From assembly GCA_031409655.1 (NCBI GenBank), contig JANNXQ010000170.1, positions 24,499-88,498 of the forward strand: 64,000 bases of DNA, written 5' to 3'. The translations under genes were made by a program, and so were the position numbers. The notes under the pieces were generated by a model, which had not been told where the DNA came from, did no database searches, and saw nothing but the letters and a program-made list of their open reading frames with translations. Below are positions 36,901-45,700 of the stretch, piece by piece (within the stretch, counting starts at the first letter, position 1; each line of letters starts with the position of its first letter). This DNA is from Chthoniobacteraceae bacterium (lineage in GTDB: Bacteria; Verrucomicrobiota; Verrucomicrobiia; Chthoniobacterales; Chthoniobacteraceae).

Positions 36901-39900
36901 TTCACGGTCAATATGGGCGCGAACAAGTATGCCAATGCCAGCGCGGGCAACGTAAGCATTGATATTGTCAATAAGCCGCTCAAGGACTGGTCTTCGAGCG
37001 CCAACGAACGTTTCGTCCATGTTCCGATGATTGGCGGGGTGCGTTACGACATTCAACTCGATTACTACGAGAGCACGAGTGCCGCGAAGTGCCAGCTCTC
37101 GTGGTATAGCCCCAGCCAGCCCCGGCAGATTATCCCGAGCAATCGGCTCTACCCAACATCCACGCCTGCCTCCCCGCTCGCTCCACCAATTCTCCTCAGT
37201 CCGACTTCGGCGGTGGCCTTGGTTGGCGGTGCGTTCTCCTATGCAGTGGTCGGCAGTAATGGCGCTACGGTCACGGTCAGTGGTAACCCGGCTTGGTTGA
37301 CCTACAGCGGTGGCGTCCTCAGTGGCACGCCGCCTCCTGGAACGGCTGGGCACTACCAGATCGTGGTCACAACTACCGGACCAGCAGGGACTGGGATGTC
37401 GGTCATCGAACTCGACGTTCAGGATACCGGTGGGGTGATTGCGCGGGAATATTGGAATGGTGTCGAGGGAACGACCATCGCGACGATCCCGACCGGTGCG
37501 GTCCCGACGGGCTCCGGGGATCTTTCACAGCTTGCTGCTCCGACCGACTTCGGAGACAACTATGGCGCGCGGATCCGCGGCTATATCACCGCGCCCGTCA
37601 CGGGAAATTACTACTTCTGGATCTCCGCCAGCAACGCTGCGGAACTCTGGATCGCCAATGATGATGAACCGATCAACACCTTCAAGCGCGCGTCGGTGAC
37701 GACCGGTAACACCACTCCACAAACGTGGGTTGGTGAAGCAAATCAGAAGTCCGCCTGGCTGGCTCTGGAAGCCGGTCAAAGATATTATATCGAGATCCTC
37801 CACAAAGCCGGCTCCGGTGCTGGGGACAATCTCGCAGTCGGCTGGCTCAAACCTGGCGAATCCGGCGCCCTCCCGAGTGAAGTGGTGCCTGGCTATGTGC
37901 TCTCGCCGTATGTCGCGCCGTCGTTGCAATCGATCCCCGGGACGCTCTACGTGGCGACCATGCTCTCGCAGAACGGTGCGGCGACCAGCGGTGTGGGCAC
38001 GTCCACCCTTCGCCTGAGTGCGGACGAGACGACGGTCATCATGGGCTACAGTTACAGGGGCCTGACGGGTCCGATCACCTCGCAGCACATTCACACTGAT
38101 CCCTACCTCTTAAAGCCATCGGAGATCGTCTTCGACATCGATACGCCCGAGACGGCGGGGGATGGCTTGATCCTCACGGGTCCTGACGCTGGAAAGTATA
38201 AATGGACGATCAAAGATCGAGGAAGCCTCACCGCCCCGGAGATCCGCGAGATCATCAAGCAGGGCAAAGCCTACATCAATTTGCATACCGCAATGTTTCC
38301 GGCAGGCGAAATACGCGGTAACTATACGTTAGCGAACGGCTCGCGCCTGTTCACCCCGCCGCCGGCGCCTCCGGCTCTCGCCGACGATCATGCGACCAAC
38401 AACGGAGCCTCCCGCTTCCTCACGCAGGCGACGTTTGGGCCAAATCCTGCCGATATCGCGGCGCTGAAAGCGATGGCCAGTTACGATGCCTGGATCAATG
38501 ACCAGTTCACGAGGCCAGTGAGCTACACCTTGCCCGAAGTCATCAGGACCGAAAATGCGAGCGCCCAAGGTGCCGCGTTCGATGAAACGCTGGCTTTCAA
38601 TGCGTGGTGGAAGAGTGCCGTTTCTGCCCCGGACCAGCTCCGGCAGCGAATCGCTTATGCATTAAGCCAGATCCACGTCGTATCAGCGCAGGGACCACTC
38701 GACAACCGTGCAGAAGCCTTGGCCTATTACTACGACCATCTCGTCAATCACGCTTTCGGCAACTTCCGCGACCTCCTCCAAGCGACGACGCTCACGCCGG
38801 CCATGGGGCGTTACCTTGACATGAAGGAAAACGACAAGCCTGACCTAACGGTGGGGCGCATTCCGAACGAAAACTATGCTCGTGAGATCCTGCAGTTGTT
38901 CGACCTCGGACTTTTCCGGCTGTGGCCAGATGGCACGTTGATGCTGAATTCGAAGGACGAATTGATCCCCACCTACACCCAGCGTGAGATCGTCGGTTTT
39001 GCCCACCTCTTCACTGGCTGGGACGACGGATACGATGGAGCCTTCCGGACGACGCTCGGTGCAGCGACCAATTACACCCGCCCGATGCGGGAGGTGCCCG
39101 CCCGCCATTTCACCGGACCGAAGCGCGTGCTGAACAATGAAGTCCTGCCCGGACTTCAGCAGTTGGGCGGTCAGCCGCTCGACCCTTACGCCACTCATAA
39201 CGCGACGCAATTCAACGATCCATCCTACCAGGCACTTCCTGGGTTGGAACTCGCCGTTTCCCATCAGCAGCTTTTCGAGCACCCGAATGTTGGTCCCTTC
39301 ATCTGTCGCCAGCTCATTCAGAGGATGGTGATGAGCAATCCTTCCCGCGACTACTTGTACCGGGTCGTCCAAAAATTCAACAATAACGGCGCGGGGGTGC
39401 GCGGCGATCTGAAAGCAGTCATCAAGGCGATCCTCCTCGACTACGAAGCCCGCAGTAGCTCGGAAACAACGAAGCCGATCTATGGAAAGCAGCGGGAACC
39501 GGTGCTCCGCGTCGCCGCAGCGGGACGGGCTTTCCGGCAGGCCGCTTGGACCGGAACCTACACGCAGAGCGCCTCACCGAGCAGCACGTCACGGACGATT
39601 ACGGTCAGCACCTCGACGGCCCACAAACTAGTCACCGGTAACAATGTGTTTCTCGACTTTTCCGACACTACGGGAGACGTCGCCAAACCCGCGCCGTGGA
39701 TCGGTACTTACTCGGCAACCGTCACGGGAAACAATACGTTCACGGTTCAGGCGAACGGATGGGCCACCGGAACTTATAACATCCCGGCGAATTCCACTGT
39801 GTGTACCGTAAGTATGGGCAGCCATTGGCTCGAAGCGACTGAACAGGCGTACTTCGACTTTACCAGCGGACCCGCGGACGGCCTCGCCGGTTTCGATAAC

Positions 39901-40944
39901 ACCGTGCATCCGGCGGTCACGTCGAACGCCAGTAATACTGTTGCCGGTACGACTTTCACGATCACCGTTCCGACGTCAGCTAGCGCGCGGTCCGGCAACG
40001 TGATGATCCCGCGATTCGCACCGGGCAGCTACACCACCTCGGCTTCGGGTCTCGCGGCACCGCGAGACCGCCGTGTGACGATGGATACCAATTTCGACCA
40101 TCACCTCAAAGTCGGTGATCAGGTGCAAATTAACTTCTTCCAAGGTAATCCCCTGCCTGTTGACATGGTAGCTACCGTAGAATCCGTCGTGGACATGAAC
40201 ACTTGGACTTTCCTCGCGCCATCGCTCGGAACGAATCTCGGAACCAACCAAGGGAACAACAATGTCTATCAGTTCCCGCTGCTCGCTCAACCGTTGACTC
40301 GGAGTGGGACCGTGGGTTCACGCCCGAGCACGTTCAACATGGGCAACACTGAAGGGGATATGGACCAGGCTCCGTTGAACTCTCCGACCGTGTTTAACTT
40401 CTATCTGCCGGACTACAAGTTCCCTGGAGCGCTTGCCTCGCAGGGCATCACGACTCCCGAGTTCCAGGAAACGGCTGAGACTTCGGTCATCCGCCAGGCG
40501 AACTTCTTAGAGCGCGGCATCTACGCACTGGGAAACACCAATGGCGTAAGCAGCTTCAAGAACGGCACCAATGCATTGGTCATGGATTTGAGCCCGTGGA
40601 TGGCGAACGCGGTCGGTACCGTTTCGCCAGGTCTGGAGCTTGGAGCCGGCACCAGCACCACGCGGCCTTGGACGCACGATCAAAACCTCAGCGTTCTCAT
40701 CGACCGTTTCAGTACGGTGCTTCTTGGTGCGGCTTTGCCCGCGGCTGTGAAGACCCAAATCACAACCTTCGTCCAGACACGCACAAATATGGGTTCTGCC
40801 TATAATCAATTCACTAATCCTTACACCAATATTCCCTACAATAACTCGGGCACAACGACTGCGACCGATCCCGAGAAGACTAATCGCATCCGGGCAATTC
40901 TGCACCTCATCCTCACCTCCCCCGACTTCACCATCCAGCGCTAA
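33994..40944 (+). CDS. giant secreted multidomain protein 1: Ca-binding motifs / Calx-beta / 3x PA14-like / Ig-like / CHRD / C-terminal DUF1800
   Basis: ORF 33898..40944 trimmed to ATG 33994, where a Sec-type signal peptide starts (MRRSFLFPALLSALAALHVPARA|AL). 2316 aa. Domain order recognised by eye; see the domain features. Confidence 0.9.
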   Translation: MRRSFLFPALLSALAALHVPARAALDIGPGGGPGDGVPDVWAAVTGYTGDGASLSADSDGDGQTNGAEAAAGTNPNASGDVIAIKSLTPAGANLKIDFPGIGGKKYQMQSSPTLSPANFTNVPQAAGTVVATADANIQVTLPMGAGSKYYRVVVSDIDTDSDGLTDYEERKIGLNPLLPDIIGGLSGVAYVSGQLALPDVVTVVATDATASEDGSDFGSFMVERTRNLFTIDVPYTVSGTATPGVDYQSLGGSVHLMLGENTASFNIVPTSEPTNVVESGESVTVTLANPSLVYSLGTPSSATVIIGETTATSGTGLMARYYDTASGNYSRPENFGTVSSYTYTRLTAATGTATIAYTATPALSVGHQVNVAFTAGNLNNVLYSPLLYTVTGVTPTNFTVAIAGTALPTNQTTASSCVISITSFPHPAVITQVDPTVNFDWQHGTPNGVVILPNNSPDNYSASWDAYLQPTTAGNYIFQLDADDKARVLLDTGAGLVQILEHGWDGPATIGTFKQSAPIALSVPGSPSARYHIRVEHVETTGNARCRLQWSANGGTTFANIAQANQFTHTQAITYSYTQATGDVVVTPTGGHLFVGGEVVNLTMSSGNLFLPISYSGPYTITAVSGTSTFTVNITGTGLPATGTGSGFLENAASTTTGLFNRTYANTAFTSPPGRVGVDAAVTTGNNGIWNTGTPDVNLIRPETFSVRWTGQVQPQFSEEYTLVVGADDGCALRINGQSQILRTIPSASTSGSTYLYDAGSGNAVVSYPALIVSPGSFIVGESVRLDPSSGSLSHAPASPPTYRFDDVTGDVVINYANLTNVTPGGFVVGETIELDPTSGSLSALGLLPYTITAATANTITVNSGGLGFNPRMSVAAISVGPACEITTVQNHGLSVGSELRISSVATGIFSPDINSLYTVVAVVSPTKFTVASNCTVAPTAGTGVVIVSGNIAISDNRNAVITAATPTTFTVNMGANKYANASAGNVSIDIVNKPLKDWSSSANERFVHVPMIGGVRYDIQLDYYESTSAAKCQLSWYSPSQPRQIIPSNRLYPTSTPASPLAPPILLSPTSAVALVGGAFSYAVVGSNGATVTVSGNPAWLTYSGGVLSGTPPPGTAGHYQIVVTTTGPAGTGMSVIELDVQDTGGVIAREYWNGVEGTTIATIPTGAVPTGSGDLSQLAAPTDFGDNYGARIRGYITAPVTGNYYFWISASNAAELWIANDDEPINTFKRASVTTGNTTPQTWVGEANQKSAWLALEAGQRYYIEILHKAGSGAGDNLAVGWLKPGESGALPSEVVPGYVLSPYVAPSLQSIPGTLYVATMLSQNGAATSGVGTSTLRLSADETTVIMGYSYRGLTGPITSQHIHTDPYLLKPSEIVFDIDTPETAGDGLILTGPDAGKYKWTIKDRGSLTAPEIREIIKQGKAYINLHTAMFPAGEIRGNYTLANGSRLFTPPPAPPALADDHATNNGASRFLTQATFGPNPADIAALKAMASYDAWINDQFTRPVSYTLPEVIRTENASAQGAAFDETLAFNAWWKSAVSAPDQLRQRIAYALSQIHVVSAQGPLDNRAEALAYYYDHLVNHAFGNFRDLLQATTLTPAMGRYLDMKENDKPDLTVGRIPNENYAREILQLFDLGLFRLWPDGTLMLNSKDELIPTYTQREIVGFAHLFTGWDDGYDGAFRTTLGAATNYTRPMREVPARHFTGPKRVLNNEVLPGLQQLGGQPLDPYATHNATQFNDPSYQALPGLELAVSHQQLFEHPNVGPFICRQLIQRMVMSNPSRDYLYRVVQKFNNNGAGVRGDLKAVIKAILLDYEARSSSETTKPIYGKQREPVLRVAAAGRAFRQAAWTGTYTQSASPSSTSRTITVSTSTAHKLVTGNNVFLDFSDTTGDVAKPAPWIGTYSATVTGNNTFTVQANGWATGTYNIPANSTVCTVSMGSHWLEATEQAYFDFTSGPADGLAGFDNTVHPAVTSNASNTVAGTTFTITVPTSASARSGNVMIPRFAPGSYTTSASGLAAPRDRRVTMDTNFDHHLKVGDQVQINFFQGNPLPVDMVATVESVVDMNTWTFLAPSLGTNLGTNQGNNNVYQFPLLAQPLTRSGTVGSRPSTFNMGNTEGDMDQAPLNSPTVFNFYLPDYKFPGALASQGITTPEFQETAETSVIRQANFLERGIYALGNTNGVSSFKNGTNALVMDLSPWMANAVGTVSPGLELGAGTSTTRPWTHDQNLSVLIDRFSTVLLGAALPAAVKTQITTFVQTRTNMGSAYNQFTNPYTNIPYNNSGTTTATDPEKTNRIRAILHLILTSPDFTIQR
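34588..34863 (+). other. Calx-beta domain (giant protein 1)
   Basis: VVTVVATDATASEDGSDFGSFMVERT...YTVSGTATPGVDYQSLGGSVHLMLGENTASFNIVP...ESVTVTL is the canonical Calx-beta pattern. Confidence 0.75.
34933..35658 (+). other. PA14-like domain 1, interrupted near its N-terminus by a ~65-aa module
   Basis: GLMARYYD...[insert]...VDPTVNFDW...DNYSASWDAYLQPTTAGNYIFQLDADDKARVLLD...YHIRVEHVETTGNARCRLQWS. Confidence 0.7.
35965..37116 (+). other. PA14-like domain 2, split by a ~247-aa insertion (about 36226-36966)
   Basis: The N-part is GLFNRTYANTAF...FSVRWTGQVQPQFSEEYTLVVGADDGCALRINGQ. The C-part is ERFVHVPMIGGVRYDIQLDYYESTSAAKCQLSWYSPS. Confidence 0.7.
37435..37860 (+). other. PA14/GLEYA-like domain 3
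   Basis: VIAREYWNGVEG...DNYGARIRGYITAPVTGNYYFWISASNAAELWIANDD...GQRYYIEILHKAGSGAGDNLAVGWLKPGE. Confidence 0.65.
37939..38331 (+). other. CHRD domain
   Basis: LYVATMLSQNGAATSGVGTSTLRLSADETTVIMGYSYRGLTGPITSQHIH...GKAYINLHTAMFPAGEIRGN is the CHRD pattern (AHIH ... YVNVHT..P.GEIRG). Confidence 0.7.
38404..40941 (+). other. DUF1800 domain carrying a ~258-aa internal insertion (about 39547-40320)
   Basis: ASRFLTQATFGP, LRQRIAYALSQIHVVS, FGNFRDLL..TLTPAMGRYLD, PNENYAREILQLFDLGL, YTQREIVGFAHLFTGW, HPNVGPFICRQLIQRMV and terminal LILTSPDFTIQR. Confidence 0.75.
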
Positions 40945-40949
40945 GCCCT

Positions 40950-42443
40950 ATGAGCTCCGAACAAGATCCCAAAGTCTCCACACGCCGCGATTTCATCCGC
41001 CAGGCTTCGTGCGCTGCCGTCGGCACGTGGGCGATCACCAGCACGATCCGCGACCTGCGGCTCATCAATGCCGCCGTCGCGCAGACCGGCCTGACAGGAT
41101 ACAAGGCCCTGGTCTGTCTTTTCCTGTCGGGCGGCAATGACGCGAACAACTGGATCGTTCCGACCGATACCGCAACTTACAATGAGTATGCGGGATTGCG
41201 CGGAATCCTGGCGATCCCGAAGACATCGCTCCGGCCGCTTTGGAGTAACGCAGCCGGAACGACGCCCTATACCGACACCGACGGGCATACTCACGGTTTC
41301 CATCCCGCTTGCACCGAACTCGAGACGCTCTTCAAGGAAGATAAGCTCGCGGTGATTTTCAATGTCGGGACATTGGTTCGTCCAACCAGCCGCGAGCAAT
41401 ACCTCTCAGCCAATCCCTTTTACCGGCCACCTCAACTCTTCTCCCATAGCGATCAAGTGACCCAATGGCAGACGTCCATTCCAGACCAACCACCCGCCAC
41501 CGGATGGGGAGGGCGTTGCGCGGATCTATTGGACGCGACCGCAAACCCGACAGGAGCCATTTCTATGTCGGTCTCGCTGAACGGAGCGAATACTTTTGAG
41601 GTTGGGAATATCATCTCGCAATACCACGTCTCCAGTGCTGGGGCCGTGACTTTATCGAACCTAAGTTCGGCCAAGATTGCGACGATGAGGGCGATCTTTA
41701 ATCCGACGATCCCGATTTCAACCGCCAGCAACGCCGTGAACCTTCAGCGCGCGGCCTACGCGGAGGTATTGGATCGTGCGGTGGAAACCGGGAATTTGCT
41801 GAATACGAGCATTGAGGGCACGGCCATGGCAACCGACACTCCTCTAGGAACCTGGGTGTGGACTGCGCCGTTCCCGAATACTGGCTTGGGCAACCAAATG
41901 AAGATGATCGCGCGTTTGATTGCCGCCCGCGGCCCGACCGGATTCAACATGAAGCGCCAGATCTTTTTCTGCTCGGTGGGTGGTTACGACACCCACACCA
42001 ACCAAATCACCTTCAATAACAACGGAACAACCGATCCGACCACGGGCACCCACGCCAATCTCCTCGGTGAGGTGAGCGACTGCGTCTTCGCTTTTCAGCG
42101 CGCGATGGAGCAACTCGGTGTTTCCGATCAAGTCACAACCTTCACCGCGAGCGACTTTGCCCGCACCTTCCCAACGAACTCGCAGGGAAGCGATCACGGT
42201 TGGGGTAGCCACCACATCATGGTGGGCGGGGCCGTTAAAGGCGGCCAGACCTATGGTCATCTTCCTACCCTTGTCATCAATGGACCAACCGACACTGGCT
42301 TGGGTCGCTGGATACCCACGACCTCTGTCGACCAGCACGCCGCCACGCTCGCGCGCTGGTTTGGAGTTGACTCATCAAATCTCGCGTCGATCTTCCCAAA
42401 CTTGAGCCGTTTCCCCACATCGAATCTCGGGTTCATGCTTTGA
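40950..42443 (+). CDS. Tat-exported DUF1501 protein (alkaline-phosphatase/sulfatase-superfamily fold), partner of giant protein 1
   Basis: Twin-arginine motif TRRDFIR. Motifs FLSGGNDANN, LFSHSDQ, VGGYDTHTNQ and GSDHGWGSHH. The ATG is 5 nt after the giant-gene stop. Confidence 0.85.
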   Translation: MSSEQDPKVSTRRDFIRQASCAAVGTWAITSTIRDLRLINAAVAQTGLTGYKALVCLFLSGGNDANNWIVPTDTATYNEYAGLRGILAIPKTSLRPLWSNAAGTTPYTDTDGHTHGFHPACTELETLFKEDKLAVIFNVGTLVRPTSREQYLSANPFYRPPQLFSHSDQVTQWQTSIPDQPPATGWGGRCADLLDATANPTGAISMSVSLNGANTFEVGNIISQYHVSSAGAVTLSNLSSAKIATMRAIFNPTIPISTASNAVNLQRAAYAEVLDRAVETGNLLNTSIEGTAMATDTPLGTWVWTAPFPNTGLGNQMKMIARLIAARGPTGFNMKRQIFFCSVGGYDTHTNQITFNNNGTTDPTTGTHANLLGEVSDCVFAFQRAMEQLGVSDQVTTFTASDFARTFPTNSQGSDHGWGSHHIMVGGAVKGGQTYGHLPTLVINGPTDTGLGRWIPTTSVDQHAATLARWFGVDSSNLASIFPNLSRFPTSNLGFML

Positions 42444-42471
42444 ATCAGCTATGCACTGAGGTGCATTGATT
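42443..42471 (+). terminator. weak hairpin directly after the DUF1501-1 stop
   Basis: ATGCAC-TGAG-GTGCAT is a 6-bp stem, extended by AATCA/TGATT across a 3-nt bulge and followed by a single extra T. It is AT-rich and has no clear U-tract. Confidence 0.3.
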
Positions 42472-42689
42472 TCCCTGGGGGAGATTCCTTGATCGTCTGT
42501 AGCCAAAGCAGTTGGGGAAAAGGCTTGGGTTCTTAGTTGCACGTTGGGCGATCACACGTACCAAAAAAAGTCCGCGGTGACACGACTTTTGCAGGAGAAT
42601 TAGTCCGGGCCAGCGTTTTTCGTAGATGAGTCCAAATGTCACGATTTCAAGGGATTCTTCTTGCTTAAGGACACGAAAATGTTGAAATA

Positions 42690-42701
42690 TTTATCTTCAC
42701 G
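42690..42701 (+). promoter_or_regulatory. conserved leader motif TTTATCTTCACG upstream of giant gene 2
   Basis: 12/12 identical to 33947-33958. A second shared block, TTCAA(A/G)..GGATT.CT, lies at 42646-42661 and 33877-33891. Confidence 0.4.
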
Positions 42702-42761
42702 CAAAGTCCCCCCTTGGGAGATCGGACCGTGAATCGCCCTTTCCGAAGTTACCCCAGTTCC

Positions 42762-45700
42762 ATGAGCCGATTCACTCGCTTCCTTGCCGCACTTGCGGCT
42801 TCTTTTGCGTTAATTCCAACCGGCCGGGCCGCTCTGGACGTATCGCCAGCCGACGGAATCCCCGATATCTGGGCGCTCGTCCAGGGTGTCAGCGTGCTCA
42901 CCCCAGCAGGAGATGACGACGGCGATGGGCAGACGAATGTGGCCGAGGCTGCCGCCGGTACCAATCCGAAGAACGCCACCGAAGTTCTCAAGATCAAGAG
43001 CATCACGAAAAGCGGGAGCAATGTGACGCTGATCTTCCCGGCGATCTTATCGAAGAAATATGAGGTGCAAGGGGCGACAACTCTCACGACGACTCCCCCA
43101 ACGAATTTCGTGACGATCGGTTCCCCATTTGTTCCCGGGGCCGACGGTGATTACACGGCTGTCGTTGCTGCCGGTAGCGCCAAATTCTTCAGGGTTCTGG
43201 TCTCCGATTTGGATACCGATAACGATGGTCTTTCAAATTACGAGGAGCGGATGATCGGCCTGAATCCGCTCCTCGCTGATAGCGATGGCGACACGGTCAG
43301 CGACCTGAATTATGTTACCGCGCAGCTTGCCCTGGCAGATACGCTCTCCATCCGCGCCTTGGAGTCGATCGCCTCGGAGGACGGTCCGACTTCCGGCGAA
43401 TTCGAGGTTTACCGCAGTCGTAGTCTCTTCACCATCAACGTGCCTTACGACGTTGGTGGCACGGCTACGGTCTCCACGGATTACGCAGCATTGGCGGGTT
43501 CGGTTACGCTCGCCCGCACCTTCACGTCAGCGAAGTTTAACGTAAATCCAAACCCCGATAGCATCGTGGAAGGAAGTGAGTCCGTGCAGGTCACGCTGAC
43601 GCCGCCGCCGGGGGGCCTCAGCAGCCAGTACCTGCTGGGTAGCCCAAGTGTCGCAACGGTTATTATTACCGACAAGACGACGCCCGTTGGGACGGGCCTC
43701 ACCGCGCGGTACTATGACCATGCCAACACCATCTACGCGCACGCCGCCAACTTTGGTGACGCTGCGAGCTACGCTTACACCCGGTCCGGCACGACGCCGA
43801 ACTTCACCGGCTCTGTCGTCATTACGCCGACCGGATTGACGCCGGACCGGCTGACCACGGTCCTGGCGGCGGTCACGGTGAACGGCCAGGTGAAGCTCTC
43901 TTTCAACGGAGGCAACCTGAATACTGCCGTTTACAACCACCAGAACTACACTGTGACGGCGAAGAACGCGACGAGCTTCACGTGCACGGTGCCTCCTGGC
44001 GCATCTCTCCCGGGAAGCAGCAGCAGCACCTGCAATTTCAGTATCCAACCCCTCCACCCAGCGGTGATCGACCGCATCGATACGGTGGTCAACAATGACT
44101 GGGCCTACGGTACACCGAATGGAGTGACGTTGGCGACTCACGGCGCTCCTCGCCTGGCCAATTTCCCGGACGATTACTCCGCGTCGTTTGAGACTTATCT
44201 GGTGCCAACTACGACAGGTTCTTACCGTTTCCAGTTCGATGCGGATGACAAAGCCAGGGTCTTGCTCGATACCGGGAGCGGCTTGGTGGAGATCCTCGAG
44301 CACGGCTGGGACGGCGCCACCACGCCGGAGACCATCGGTGTTTTCAAGGTGAGCGCCGCGTCCTATACCCTCACCGCAGGTCAGCGCTACAAGATGCGCG
44401 TGGAGCATGTCGAGACGACCGGCGATGCGCGTTGCCGTCTGCAATGGAGCCGGGACTTGGGCGGTTTTGTCAACATCCCTCAGGCCGAGCAGATCACGCA
44501 AACGCAGGCGGCCACTTATGTGTTTAACAAGCTGACGACGACTACCGGCACGGCCGTCATCACCCTCACGTCGCATGGCTTGAACAATGGCGACCCTGTC
44601 ACGCTCGCGTTCTCCACAAGCAACCTCTTCACGCCGGCAAGCTATAGTGGCAATTACACCGTCGCCAATGCCACGACGAATACCTTCGAGGTGGCGATTG
44701 CGGATCCCGTTGCGGTGCCGAACACGGTCGCGGCGGGCCAGGGTTGTTTTCTCGAAAATCGGCCCCTGAGCACCACGACCGGCGTGTTCAATAGGACTTA
44801 CGCGGGCACCGCATTTGCCGGATTCCCGCTGCGAGTTGGTGTCGATGGCGCGGTCACGACCGGAAACAACGGCATTTGGGGTTCAGGCACGCCTGATGTG
44901 GGCCTTGTTTCCCCCAGCACGTACATCAATCCCGACACCTTCTCGATTCGCTGGACGGGCCAGGTGCAGCCACAGTTCACGGAAGAGTACACCTTCGTGG
45001 TTCATGCGGATGAAGGCAGCACCCTCAAGATCAACGGCCAGACGCAGGAGATGCAGGCGGCTCCGTCCTCGATCGTGGGCGGCAGCACCTACCTCTATGA
45101 CAACGCGACCGGCAATACGGTCATCAACTACTCTGGGAATGCGGTCAAGCCGGGCGGGTTTATCGTTGGTGAAACGATCAGGCTTGATCCCAGCACCGGC
45201 AACCTGACCCATCCCAATGGCAGCACCTACAGCTACGACTCCGTCACGGGCCTGGCCGTGATTGACTTCTCCAATCTGACATCTGTCCTGCCGAACGGCT
45301 TCGGCGTCGGACGGATTGTGGAAATCGACCCGACTGGGGGCACCGCTTCGGCCTTGGCGAATGCGCGCTACACGATTACCGCGGCGACTGCGACCACCTT
45401 CACGGTGAGCTTTGGCGTTGGCGCGTTTGCGCCGCAGGCTGTGGCACCCACGGCCACCATCAATGTGACTGACAACAGGAATGCAGTCATCACGGCAGTT
45501 CACGCCACCGGCACCGGCACGTACGCCTACAGTTCCACCACGGGCGATGCTGTCATCGACTACACGGGCCTGGGCATTCCCAATAATACCGTCACCGTCG
45601 GCCAGAGCGTGGCGCTCGACCCTAGCAGCGGCAATCTGAGTACCTTGCCCAACGCATTTGCGACGGTCACCGCTGCGACGGCGACTACGTTCACCGTGAA

